A stretch of DNA of 42,056 bases from an uncultured Candidatus Saccharibacteria bacterium (GCA_964355085.1 CAYHBW010000003.1:1-42056), one strand, 5' to 3'; positions 26,155 through 37,312 are shown, numbered from the stretch's first letter. Numbers and translations: made by a program. Notes: generated by a model not told the origin, from the sequence alone.

Positions 26155-26715
26155 ATGAAAAGACGTCTATTCATTTCACTGGACATCCCTGAAGACCTGA
26201 AAAAGGCCGTAAGCAGGGAATTGGAAAAGGTCCGCTATCAATTCACGGATGATGTCCGTTTTGTCGATCCTGAACAATGGCATGTGACTGTCGTATTTTT
26301 AGGCCAGCAAGAAGATGCAGCCGTAAGCAAGATTTTGAATTCCATGAAGAAAACATCTGATGATTCCGACGCTCCGGAAATAGTTTTTTCCGGAATCACT
26401 TACGGACCCAGAAGTGGAACGCCGCGGATGATCTGGCTGAACGGTTCGGTCAAATCTTCAAGATCCCTGCAGGAGCTGAAGGACCGTCTCGAGGATGATC
26501 TTGTCGATAATGGCGTGGTTTTCGGCAAAGAGCACCGGCAGTTCAATATCCACGTGACCCTTGCTAAATTCATGTCCGCGGAAAATCTTCCACCGCTTGA
26601 CGTTCCGTTCAGTCATTCATTCATCGCTCCGACCTTAGATCTCATGGAGTCCCGCATGTCCCGTGACGGCGTCAAATATGAATTTTTGCAGAAAATGGAA
26701 TTTCGGGTAGAATAA
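26155..26715 (+). CDS. thpR: RNA 2',3'-cyclic phosphodiesterase (2H family)
   Basis: RLFISL, HVTVVFLG and HVTLAK (two HxT motifs), PRMIW. Confidence 0.92.
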   Translation: MKRRLFISLDIPEDLKKAVSRELEKVRYQFTDDVRFVDPEQWHVTVVFLGQQEDAAVSKILNSMKKTSDDSDAPEIVFSGITYGPRSGTPRMIWLNGSVKSSRSLQELKDRLEDDLVDNGVVFGKEHRQFNIHVTLAKFMSAENLPPLDVPFSHSFIAPTLDLMESRMSRDGVKYEFLQKMEFRVE

Positions 26716-26728
26716 GAGGATAACCGCT

Positions 26729-27988
26729 ATGAACTTAAGGCAATTCAAGGAAAAATATCCGGATCAGATACCGTTTTTGACCGGCATTTTCATCGCAATC
26801 GCCCTTATGGGTATCGGAACTTTTTATTTCGGATATGAGCTCGGTCGTTCGCATCCGAAATCGGTTGAGGTCAGGAATATTGAAAATATCGGATCGGATC
26901 AGGAAAAATCAGTGGACTTCGGAACATTCTGGGAGGCCTGGGACATTCTCCGCAATGAACATCTGAACGGCGAGGATGCCAAAAATCAGGATATGATTTA
27001 TGGAGCGATAAAAGGACTGACCGGGTCGCTCGGAGATCCTCATACTGTTTTTCTTCCGCCGGAAGATTCCAAGAAATTCGAGGAGGATGTCGTCGGCAAT
27101 TTCGGAGGAATAGGGGCGGAAATCGGCATCAAGGACAAACAGCTTGTGGTCATCGCTCCGCTCAAGGGAAATCCGGCGGAAGCCGTAGGGCTCAAGGCCG
27201 GGGATAAGATTTTCGGAATCGACGGAAAACCGACTGACAGTTTGGATGTCAATGAGGCGGTTAAAAAAATACGCGGGGAAATCGGAACCGCCGTAGTGCT
27301 GACGGTTTTCAGGGACGGCTGGGAAAAGACGGAGGATTTCAAAATCGTCAGGGCGAACATAGTCATTCCGACGCTGGAAACTGAATTCATAGAATTCGGC
27401 GGTAAGAAAATGGCTCGTATTTCCCTGTTTGCGTTTAATCAAAATGCGCCGCTCGGATTTTATAAGGAGGTTCTCGGAGCATCTCTTAACGGAGCGGAGG
27501 GATTGATTCTTGATCTCCGGAATAATCCCGGAGGATTTCTCGAAGTCGCCATCAATCTGGCCGGCTGGTTCGTAAACAAAGGAGAGATAGTGGTAAGTGA
27601 AAAATTCCGCAGCGGAACAGGAGACGTATTCCGCGCTGACGGAAATCAGGCGCTTAAAGACGCCCCAGTGGTCATTCTCGTCAATAAAGGGTCTGCTTCA
27701 GCATCGGAAATCCTGGCCGGAGCTCTTCGCGCAATTCGCGGAACCAAACTGATTGGGGCAAATACCTTCGGAAAGGGGACGGTTCAGGAACTCCGGAGCT
27801 TGAGCGATAATTCAAAGATCAAGCTTACAATTGCAAATTGGGTACTTCCGGACGGCACAATAATAAGCGAAGACGGACTAGTCCCTGATTATAAGGTTGA
27901 AATCAGCGATGAGGATGTCAAAAATAAATTAGATAGCCAATTGGAAAAGGCGAAAGAGGTTTTATTGCAGGAGATGACGAAGAAATAG
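26729..27988 (+). CDS. ctpA: C-terminal processing protease, S41 with PDZ domain
   Basis: GGIG PDZ, LDLRNNPGG, SASASEI, TFGKGTVQ. Confidence 0.95.
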   Translation: MNLRQFKEKYPDQIPFLTGIFIAIALMGIGTFYFGYELGRSHPKSVEVRNIENIGSDQEKSVDFGTFWEAWDILRNEHLNGEDAKNQDMIYGAIKGLTGSLGDPHTVFLPPEDSKKFEEDVVGNFGGIGAEIGIKDKQLVVIAPLKGNPAEAVGLKAGDKIFGIDGKPTDSLDVNEAVKKIRGEIGTAVVLTVFRDGWEKTEDFKIVRANIVIPTLETEFIEFGGKKMARISLFAFNQNAPLGFYKEVLGASLNGAEGLILDLRNNPGGFLEVAINLAGWFVNKGEIVVSEKFRSGTGDVFRADGNQALKDAPVVILVNKGSASASEILAGALRAIRGTKLIGANTFGKGTVQELRSLSDNSKIKLTIANWVLPDGTIISEDGLVPDYKVEISDEDVKNKLDSQLEKAKEVLLQEMTKK

Positions 27989-28005
27989 TCTTAAAGTCCA
28001 TAAAG

Positions 28006-28041
28006 CCCCGACCAAAGTCGGGGAGCCGACTCGGGTCGGCT
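28006..28041. repeat. Double-hairpin CCCCGAC/GTCGGGG + AGCCGAC/GTCGGCT element nested in an AAAGT repeat tract
   Basis: Two adjacent perfect 7-bp stems. Confidence 0.6.
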
Positions 28042-28087
28042 TTGAAAGTTGGATATAAATAAAAAACTGCCCAGCAAGGGCAGTTTT

Positions 28088-28360
28088 TTAGAGTACGCTG
28101 ACTACGGTGGTCAATCTGCGGGATCCGTCAAAGCGGATCTTTTTGGATCGGGTGAATTTCACCTTGCCGTTTTTCATGGCGTAGATTGTGTCATCTGCGC
28201 CTTGCTTCACATTCTCGCCGAGAGAATATTTGCTTCCGCGCTGGCGGATTATAATCTGGCCGACAGTGGCCATTTCACCGTCCGATTTCTTTACTCCAAG
28301 CCGTTTTGATTCCGACTCACGCGCGTTATGCGCTGCGCCGGTCGATTTAGTATGTGCCAT
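28088..28360 (-). CDS. rpmA: 50S ribosomal protein L27
   Basis: MAHTK..RES.SKRLGVK..GQIIIRQRG..NV..GADDTIYA..G.VKF. Confidence 0.96.
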   Translation of the reverse strand: MAHTKSTGAAHNARESESKRLGVKKSDGEMATVGQIIIRQRGSKYSLGENVKQGADDTIYAMKNGKVKFTRSKKIRFDGSRRLTTVVSVL

Positions 28361-28408
28361 AGTTTAGTTGATAGTTATTAGTGATTAGTTTATAGTATTT
28401 AAAAAAAT

Positions 28409-28558
28409 ATGTCAACATTCATTGAATCCATTAAATCCCATAAAACCGCCGTCTTTTTGATGTTATTTATATTGTCTTCTTTGAGCTTCGGTCTCGGTTA
28501 TCTTTATGCAAAGCAGGAAAATCCCGCGCCTATCTTAATACAGAAGATGGGTAGTTAA
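28409..28558 (+). CDS. Small single-TM protein (49 aa), below the ORF-track cutoff
   Basis: MSTFIESIKSHKTAVFLMLFILSSLSFGLGYLYAKQENPAPILIQKMGS; TAGTAT -10-like box upstream. Confidence 0.7.
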   Translation: MSTFIESIKSHKTAVFLMLFILSSLSFGLGYLYAKQENPAPILIQKMGS

Positions 28559-28600
28559 AAGTAAAAAGTCTGTAAAGTCGCAAGTGGCATCCGAAGAGAT

Positions 28601-28629
28601 GTCATCCCGGCCTACGAGCCGGGATCCAG
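28601..28629. repeat. REP-like palindrome GTCATCCCGGC-N6-GCCGGGATCCA
   Basis: ATCCCGGC/GCCGGGAT inverted repeat. Confidence 0.6.
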
Positions 28630-28683
28630 ATCTAAAATTAGAAATTTGTAGCAAAATGTTGCCTTGGTTGAGTTATATAATAT

Positions 28684-29310
28684 ATGACGAAACCCGAGGC
28701 TTATATCTTTGATCTGGACGGTACTTTAGTGAGAACGCAAAGCGAATTTCACGCAGTAGCTGAGGTTGAGGTTTTGAAGAAATACGGAATTTCTTTGACT
28801 GCGGACTCAATTTCAGAAAGATTTTCCGGCGTTCATACACTTGAAGTCTTTAAGGAGCTTGCGCCAAGTCATGACCCGCATAAGTTGTTAAAAAATAAAT
28901 GGGAGATAATGTATTCAATGGCAGCTCAAAAACCTATTGAATTACTATCTTTTGCAGAGGAATTAGTGCGGGAATTACGCAATCAAAATATACCGCTCGC
29001 AATCGCATCTGCTTCACCTCTTGAATGGATAAGAACTTGCTTGGGAAAGACCGGTTTAGAGAGTTTATTTAATGGGCTGGCATCTGCCGACGAAGTAGCA
29101 CATGGCAAGCCGGAGCCCGATGTTTTTCTATTGGCGGCAAAACGTTTAAATGTTCAACCAGAAAATTGCATAGCAATAGATGATGGGCGGGCAGGAGCAA
29201 TCGCCGGAGTCCGGGCAAATATGAAAACTTTTTGGCTGACGCAAAATTCCGACATTATATCTGGAGCTATAAAAATTTCATCGCTTAAAGAACTTATTAG
29301 CAATAAATAA
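28684..29310 (+). CDS. HAD-family phosphatase (beta-PGM/CbbY-like)
   Basis: FDLDGTL, IASAS, GKPEPDVF, IDDG. Confidence 0.93.
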   Translation: MTKPEAYIFDLDGTLVRTQSEFHAVAEVEVLKKYGISLTADSISERFSGVHTLEVFKELAPSHDPHKLLKNKWEIMYSMAAQKPIELLSFAEELVRELRNQNIPLAIASASPLEWIRTCLGKTGLESLFNGLASADEVAHGKPEPDVFLLAAKRLNVQPENCIAIDDGRAGAIAGVRANMKTFWLTQNSDIISGAIKISSLKELISNK

Positions 29311-29350
29311 AACCTACTTTATAGACTTTACGGACTTTATGAACTTTCAA

Positions 29351-30118
29351 CTAATCGTAATATCCTGATAACTTCAACCATTTTTCGTTTTCCCATTCCC
29401 ACAATTTCTTTGCTCCCAGAAACGCCTGGAAATCATTTTTCCAGTCCGGAAATTCCTGGATTTCGGTGATCCCTGTCAGTTCTGACCACTGGTGCTCGCC
29501 GGAGCAGGGATATTTCTTTCCTCTGCGGACTTTATTGCGTCCGCCTTTCGGCCGCATGGTGGCGCCGCATTTCAGACAGGTATGAACTTGATCGATTCGG
29601 AGAATCCAGCGGGTTTCCAGATTCGGAAATTCCGGGATAAGTGCATCCATATATGCGGAAGTCTGCAGATTGTAATCACGATAGATGGCCTGGGAGGTCT
29701 TGATGTCCAGGACGCCGAATTTTCCGCCGATCGTCGCCAGCGTGTCAATTGTGCCGGCATAGCGGTGATGCGGATGGAAAATCCGCCGTTCGACATGCTC
29801 CGGACGTATATCAATTGCATTTTCCAGGAAAAACTTCTGAAAACTGCGGACTGCCGGCGCGATGGCCGCCGGAATTTCAGGAGATTCTCCGATCATCAGT
29901 TTTTCCACAACCTCATGGACCGCTGTTCCTTCTTTGGCGGAGTTTTCCGTTATTTCTTTTGCAGCTTTGTAACTCGGAGCTTCACCGTAAAACCAATAAA
30001 GAGCCGGCTTGGATTTGATTTCCAGAACTTTTGTCACGCGGGGATACCATTTACCGTCAATCGTGTATCCGGCCTGCTCTTTAAACTCTTCGACATTATT
30101 GTAATCAAATAAGGACAT
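29351..30118 (-). CDS. PD-(D/E)XK nuclease (RecB/lambda-exo-like) with a zinc-ribbon insertion
   Basis: YPRVT..GT.VH, E, YAGTID, LDIKTS, LQ..AY; CLKC...C..EH. Confidence 0.85.
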   Translation of the reverse strand: MSLFDYNNVEEFKEQAGYTIDGKWYPRVTKVLEIKSKPALYWFYGEAPSYKAAKEITENSAKEGTAVHEVVEKLMIGESPEIPAAIAPAVRSFQKFFLENAIDIRPEHVERRIFHPHHRYAGTIDTLATIGGKFGVLDIKTSQAIYRDYNLQTSAYMDALIPEFPNLETRWILRIDQVHTCLKCGATMRPKGGRNKVRRGKKYPCSGEHQWSELTGITEIQEFPDWKNDFQAFLGAKKLWEWENEKWLKLSGYYD

Positions 30119-30236
30119 ATTTTTGTGAAACTGACTCCTATATATTATCCCAGACCGACTTTAAAGTAAAAACATCTGGTAATTTAATTTTCAATGGGTT
30201 AGATTGTTAGCAACATTGAAAATTGAGGAGGGACTG

Positions 30237-30872
30237 ATGATGTTCGTCATCGTGACTGCGGCGCCAAGCCCGATAGATATAGCAGACGCAAACGCAGGAA
30301 GATTCCTGCGGGATACCTCGAATTTTTGCGATTCTCTGGAAAAAAATCTCGGTATCGGCCGTGACGCCATGATCAATCTCCATTTCGGCGTCAATAATCT
30401 GAAGGACGCAGCTTCCGTAAAAAAGGAAATCGAAAGCATCCTGTTGGAGCATCAGGACGAAGATCTGTGTCTCGTCTACATCGGGCATGGACAGGAGAGT
30501 GGCTGGGCTTTAAGTGGGGAAAGAGACAATGAAGCGCTGGCTTATGATGAGATGCGGCTCACTTTCGCGCTTCATTCCGGCAATTTGATCTTTTTGAACT
30601 GCTGTTGCTATGGCGGAGCCGGCATAAGCGCCCTTGAATCTCATTCAGGTGAAAATCTGCTGATTTCTCCGCTACCGGCTACTCATTCTGGATATGTGCA
30701 TAATTTTCTTTCAACGGCGATTCGAAGCTGGAAATACGGCAATTTCTACGATCCCTATGTCTGCAGAGATAATCTGGACAGCAAGCCAGTGGTTTCCGGA
30801 AACCAGGAACTTCAGAAGCTTTTCTTTCTATCCGGAATTCCGGCGGAATCCGGAGGCGTTTATGCCAGATGA
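30237..30872 (+). CDS. Caspase-fold-like hypothetical protein
   Basis: LVYIGHG and IFLNCCCYGG resemble the clan CD His/Cys dyad motifs. Confidence 0.6.
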   Translation: MMFVIVTAAPSPIDIADANAGRFLRDTSNFCDSLEKNLGIGRDAMINLHFGVNNLKDAASVKKEIESILLEHQDEDLCLVYIGHGQESGWALSGERDNEALAYDEMRLTFALHSGNLIFLNCCCYGGAGISALESHSGENLLISPLPATHSGYVHNFLSTAIRSWKYGNFYDPYVCRDNLDSKPVVSGNQELQKLFFLSGIPAESGGVYAR

Positions 30873-31038
30873 AAAAAACAGGAAACTGAATGAAATATTG
30901 GCGCTGATGGTTTTGGCGGCGGCCGTCGCCGTCCTGACCTATCCGTTACTGCAGATACTGGGCATCAATGCCATCCTGATTGAAGCATCAATGTGGTGCT
31001 CAAAAGCTATATTCATTTATTTCGGAATTCCGATGTGA
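30862..31038 (+). CDS. Small membrane protein (58 aa)
   Basis: GGAGG SD, two hydrophobic segments, overlaps the upstream stop. Confidence 0.6.
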   Translation: MPDEKNRKLNEILALMVLAAAVAVLTYPLLQILGINAILIEASMWCSKAIFIYFGIPM

Positions 31039-31109
31039 TATCCGATCGACCCCCGCGCCGTTTCAGGCAACGGGGTTTTTTATTTTTTTGATGCTATAAT
31101 ATCAATATT

Positions 31110-32159
31110 ATGGATTTTTCGACTGTACTGATTTTACTGGCAATCATTGCCGGTTTCGTATTTCTGTATCTGGCGATAAAAAATCTCCAGCCGGAATCTA
31201 AAAATAACAATGATCAGTCATTTTTACTGATGCAGAATCAATTGCAGGATCTGCGCCGGACTCTGGATTCCAAACTCGGCGAATCAACGCGATCGATGCA
31301 GATGCAATATAGTGAAAGCGCCAAAATCATCCGCGACGTCACGGAAAAACTCACTAAGCTTGATGAAACAAATAAGCAGGTAGTCAGTTTTGCCGACCAG
31401 TTGGAAAATCTCCAGAATATCCTTAAGAATCCGAAGCAGCGGGGAATTCTCGGAGAATATTATCTCGAAACTCTGTTGAAAAATGTCTTGCCTCCGGGCA
31501 GATATCAGATGCAATACCCCTTCAAGGACGGCACAATCGTAGATGCCGTAATTTTCGTTCAGGACAAAATAATTCCGATTGATTCAAAATTCAGCTTGGA
31601 GAATTACAATCGGATTCTGGACGCCCGCGACGAGGAAACAAGGGCGGAATCGGAAAAATCTTTCAAGCAGGATTTGAAGAACCGCATTGATGAAACCGCC
31701 AAATACGTGAAGCCGGAAGAGGGAACCATGGATTTCGCTTTCATGTTCATTCCGGCGGAAGGTATTTATTACGATCTTCTCATAAATAAAATCGGCGTAG
31801 TCAAGACAAATACGCAGGATCTCATACAATACGCGTTCAAAGACAAGCACGTAATCATAGTTTCTCCGACATCTTTTCTCGCGTATTTGCAGACGGTTTT
31901 ACAGGGACTGAAAGCTCTGCAGATTGAAGAATCCGCCAAAGAAATCCGGAAACGCGTGGAGATGCTTGGAAAACATCTTTCCAGCTATGAAGAATATATG
32001 AAAAAACTCGGCACGCACCTCGGGACTTCAGTGAATATGTACAACAGCGCTTATAAGGAACTTGGAAAAATAGACAAAGATGTTTTGAAAATAACCGACA
32101 GCGCCATAGGCATCGAGCCGGATCTTCTGGAAAAGCCGGAAGCGGCAAATGAAGAGTGA
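31110..32159 (+). CDS. rmuC: DNA recombination protein RmuC
   Basis: TM + coiled coil, RGILGE, IDSKF, DFAFMFIPAEG, VSPT. Confidence 0.95.
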   Translation: MDFSTVLILLAIIAGFVFLYLAIKNLQPESKNNNDQSFLLMQNQLQDLRRTLDSKLGESTRSMQMQYSESAKIIRDVTEKLTKLDETNKQVVSFADQLENLQNILKNPKQRGILGEYYLETLLKNVLPPGRYQMQYPFKDGTIVDAVIFVQDKIIPIDSKFSLENYNRILDARDEETRAESEKSFKQDLKNRIDETAKYVKPEEGTMDFAFMFIPAEGIYYDLLINKIGVVKTNTQDLIQYAFKDKHVIIVSPTSFLAYLQTVLQGLKALQIEESAKEIRKRVEMLGKHLSSYEEYMKKLGTHLGTSVNMYNSAYKELGKIDKDVLKITDSAIGIEPDLLEKPEAANEE

Positions 32160-32233
32160 CAGTTTCTTATTTGACAACATACAATAAATAATCTTTAATA
32201 TATCCAGAACGTTGGCAGATTAGGAGGAAGGCG

Positions 32234-32809
32234 ATGACGATGAGGGAGATAAAGGATCTTATCCAGGAGACTGAAAAATCCGTTGCGACTTTGCTTCCGG
32301 ATCGGGCGCTATATGCTCTTCTTGAGAATCTCGTTAAATCGGTTGATGGCGGTATTTTTGATAAACAGATAGGGCGCGATCTTGATTGTCCGCTCAAGTC
32401 TTCAGTTTTTCCTCAAGCTATCAGAGAAGATGATTTCGCTGGTACTGGATATAATTTCTGGTTCGGCAAGCTTGGAGATGATTTTCCCGAATTCATCGTT
32501 TCCGGCGTTTGTTTCAACAAGGTGGAATCTGATTATTACGGATTACTAAACCGATTGTTTTTCGGCCGGGTGAAGCGCGTCACTCTTCGCGCTTATATTT
32601 CCGTGAACAAGTTCAATGCATACGCGGAAGCGATGGCTGTCTATGACGTATACGCGGACGGGAGAACGGAGACTGTCGAAGGATTTCCGGATCTTAAGGA
32701 TTTGTACCTTAAGTTGAAAGAGAGATTTTTCAAGCTAAGGGATGAGCGAACTAAAAAATTGCTCTTGGCAAAAAGTAAGATAGTCGAGCTGATAATGGAT
32801 GAGATATAA
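32234..32809 (+). CDS. Hypothetical protein
   Basis: TTGACA promoter, AGGAGG SD, terminator at ~32826-32852. Confidence 0.8.
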   Translation: MTMREIKDLIQETEKSVATLLPDRALYALLENLVKSVDGGIFDKQIGRDLDCPLKSSVFPQAIREDDFAGTGYNFWFGKLGDDFPEFIVSGVCFNKVESDYYGLLNRLFFGRVKRVTLRAYISVNKFNAYAEAMAVYDVYADGRTETVEGFPDLKDLYLKLKERFFKLRDERTKKLLLAKSKIVELIMDEI

Positions 32810-32872
32810 TCAGCCGCTGATTCATAAGGAGCCACAAGCTCCTTTTTTGTTTTCCAGGTTATAATATCAATA

Positions 32873-33532
32873 ATGGACTTATACCAAAAAAAGTGGCGGA
32901 AATTCACCGGGCTTATCTGGCCTTTTCAGTTCATGCCTTTCGTCGATTTTGTCCTGGCATCCGGATCGCTAGCGACAAGAAATATCCGGAAAGAATCTGA
33001 TTTTGACGTGATCGTCGGAGTTCGAAATGGAAGGATTTTTACCGCAAGATTCCTATGTTTCCTGATTTTTAAGCTTCTTGGTTCATGGGCAAAACACCCC
33101 GGTAATTCTGCGGATAAACTTTGTTTCAATCATTTTGTCGCTCCTGACGGCTATACGCTGAAACCGCCTCATAATGCGTATTGGCAGGAACTTTATTCAA
33201 AGTTGATTCCGATTTACGGCGATCCTCTGCATATCCAGAGATTCTACCGCGCTAATCAGCATTGGATGAAAGCTACGAAACTTTATGGGGAAGATTCCAG
33301 GCATGAAGTTTCCGGAAAGAACATCGTCGGAAAAACGATTGAAGAAATCCTCTCCGGTGATTTCGGCAATTGGCTGGAAGAAGAACTTAAAAAAATCCAA
33401 ATAAGAAAGATTGAAAAAAGCCGGGATCCGAAAAACGAATACAAGCCGCGTATGATCATAAACGACGACGAGCTGGAATTTCATCCCGACACGCGGAGAA
33501 TCGAGGAGCGTATGGAAAATTTCAAAGGATAG
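32873..33532 (+). CDS. Pol-beta-superfamily nucleotidyltransferase-like protein
   Basis: GS-x9-SDFD motif. Confidence 0.75.
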   Translation: MDLYQKKWRKFTGLIWPFQFMPFVDFVLASGSLATRNIRKESDFDVIVGVRNGRIFTARFLCFLIFKLLGSWAKHPGNSADKLCFNHFVAPDGYTLKPPHNAYWQELYSKLIPIYGDPLHIQRFYRANQHWMKATKLYGEDSRHEVSGKNIVGKTIEEILSGDFGNWLEEELKKIQIRKIEKSRDPKNEYKPRMIINDDELEFHPDTRRIEERMENFKG

Positions 33533-33606
33533 ATTTAAGAAAAGATTGATTCGGATTCTGAATAAGGTTACGATTAAGCCAAGTACTTTGATTCGCCGGG
33601 GGGAGA

Positions 33607-34263
33607 TTGAACGGATGCCTGATCTGCAGGAATAATCCCGATAGGATGGCTGAAATAACCGCCCATAATTTTTTTGACTGGCTCGTGGGGAAAGCGGGTT
33701 ATTTTAAGGTCATACACACTCCGCCGAATAGCCGACGCGATCGGGAGGGGAAAGATTTCATACTTGTCCGTAAAGGATGCAGATTCGGTCTTTATATACA
33801 GATAAAATCATTCCGCGTATTGAGCCGGGAAGTCCTGGATCGTCGGCTTGATCGCGTCCGGAAGGGCGAGAAATTGCGCAGGGGAAATCCCGAAACCCTT
33901 GAAACGCCGGAAAAAATGCGCGATCATATTTTCCGGGTTCTCCGCGAAGTCCGCCGGACGGGTCTTTATTCGAATGATTCCGTATTCCGGGAAGAATTCC
34001 AAAAAATCGCCAAAGATATAGGTCTTTTCAGGACACTTGGAAATGAGAAGGAATTTGAAAAACTCGTCCAGGCATACGGCAAGGTCGAAGCATATCTCAA
34101 TCTTTTTGAGAAGCAGATAAGGCACGCGAATCTGTATCCTCCGGTGAAAGTTTTCCTGATCGTCGTAACCAGCGAAGGGACGGATCAGGATACCCAGCTG
34201 GAAAAGCTCAAAAAGGAATGTCCGGAGATCATATGGCAGGCCTTCCGGAAAATCACCCGATGA
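33607..34263 (+). CDS. PD-(D/E)XK-like hypothetical protein
   Basis: DREGKDFIL...YIQIKS; start uncertain. Confidence 0.6.
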   Translation: MNGCLICRNNPDRMAEITAHNFFDWLVGKAGYFKVIHTPPNSRRDREGKDFILVRKGCRFGLYIQIKSFRVLSREVLDRRLDRVRKGEKLRRGNPETLETPEKMRDHIFRVLREVRRTGLYSNDSVFREEFQKIAKDIGLFRTLGNEKEFEKLVQAYGKVEAYLNLFEKQIRHANLYPPVKVFLIVVTSEGTDQDTQLEKLKKECPEIIWQAFRKITR

Positions 34264-34339
34264 TCCGACATATCCCGCACAGGAAAATCGTGCGGGATTT
34301 TTATTTTTTGACTTATCGGTTCCGATGCTCTAATTTTAG

Positions 34340-35161
34340 ATGAGAACATCGAAAGATCCGGAGCTTCTCATGCGACGCGCGATTCTGCTGGTTTATGATG
34401 AGCCGGAAAAGAAACTCGTCAAAGTTAAGCGGACCGGATTCTTGAAATTTATCCTGGATCTGCTTCCGTTTCTGGAACGGGAGGAGGATATTGAAGTCGA
34501 TTGTTTCTGCCTGAAAAACAACTCCATAGATCGGGCGAAAATCCTCATTCGATATCTCCGGAAACAGCTGAAATTCCGCGATGATCAGATAACTCTCCTC
34601 CGCGGATCGAGATTCGGCAATTCAGCGGAAATTTTGACCGCGCTCGGGCTTTTTTTTAAGAAATACCCGGAGGACGACATTCTTCTTTATTATGTCGGGC
34701 ATGGAATCACCAGTCCGAAGTTCGGCTGGTCCATCGGGCCGGGGAAATATATCCTTTATAAATTTTTAAAGAAAATTTTCAGTAAATTTTCAGGACGCCT
34801 GGTTTTCATCAACGACTGCTGCCACGCTCTGGCAGTAGACCAGCATCTTCGGATTTTGGCAGGCAGGTATCTCCTTTTCGGCGCATGCCGCAAAGGATGT
34901 ACCGCTTCCGAATCCATCCTGGACCCGGTTCTCGGATACTGGTTCCACAGAAAGCTGGCTGATCCGAAAGTAGCCCATACCGGCAAATTGAAGGATACGA
35001 TTATGGATATTCCTGCTTATGCAAGTCGCGGAAGTAATTTCAATTGCGGATGCGGCAGCAGATTCCATCCTTTGAAATTTTTCCGTCCGAGCAACGCACC
35101 TTCATTGAGGCGGGGATCGGAACTCGATCATATATTCTTTGCGGATAAACCGGAGACATGA
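34340..35161 (+). CDS. Caspase/metacaspase-fold-like protein
   Basis: LLYYVGHG and VFINDCCHA match the metacaspase-type Y.GHG / DCCH dyad motifs. Confidence 0.65.
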   Translation: MRTSKDPELLMRRAILLVYDEPEKKLVKVKRTGFLKFILDLLPFLEREEDIEVDCFCLKNNSIDRAKILIRYLRKQLKFRDDQITLLRGSRFGNSAEILTALGLFFKKYPEDDILLYYVGHGITSPKFGWSIGPGKYILYKFLKKIFSKFSGRLVFINDCCHALAVDQHLRILAGRYLLFGACRKGCTASESILDPVLGYWFHRKLADPKVAHTGKLKDTIMDIPAYASRGSNFNCGCGSRFHPLKFFRPSNAPSLRRGSELDHIFFADKPET

Positions 35162-35209
35162 CTCCGGTTTTTTTATTCCGTTACTTCAGGAAGAATCTTT
35201 TTGTTATAT

Positions 35210-35236
35210 TTGGCACTCTTGACGAAGGAGTGCTAA
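35210..35236 (+). promoter_or_regulatory. CIRCE element (HrcA operator)
   Basis: TTGGCACTC-N9-GAGTGCTAA, 1 mismatch to consensus, upstream of groES. Confidence 0.9.
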
Positions 35237-35317
35237 TAACCTAAAATTATCTATAATTTGCTATAATACCAAGGTCGCGTTCTAAAACTTAACACCTAAA
35301 AACTAAAACCTATCCAA

Positions 35318-35608
35318 ATGAATCTGCAGCCATTAAACAGCCATATCTTTCTTGAGCCGGTCGAAGAAGTCAAAACAACCAAGTCCGGAATCGTTCTTCC
35401 GGATACGGCGGAAAAAGAAAAATCGATGAAGGGCAGAGTTGTCGCCGCCGGTCCGGGCAAGCTCCTGGATAACGGTCAGCGCGCTCCGATGTCAGTCAAA
35501 ATCGGCGATCTGGTGCTTTTTAAAAAATACGGTCCGGATGAAATATAAATCGACGGGAAAAACTACCTGGTCTGTGAAGAAACAGACATCCTGGCAATAC
35601 TTAAATAA
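35318..35608 (+). pseudogene. groES: Co-chaperonin GroES with an in-frame TAA at 35546-35548 (nonsense variant or sequence error)
   Basis: LQPL...TKSGIVLPD.A.KEK..G.VVAAGPG...KYGPDEI*IDGKNYLVCEETDILAILK. Confidence 0.9.
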
Positions 35609-35651
35609 TTACTTTAAGACTTTACGAACTTTATAAACTTTCAACTACTAA

Positions 35652-37301
<1,650 letters not shown>

Positions 37302-37312
37302 TATGAATGATG

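Noticed and set aside
29351-30118. Cas4 or prophage assignment
   Set aside because: Lacks the Cas4 1+3 Cys arrangement; no cas or phage structural genes nearby
35546-35548. Genome-wide stop-codon reassignment
   Set aside because: TAA, TAG and TGA all terminate conserved genes at expected positions in this window
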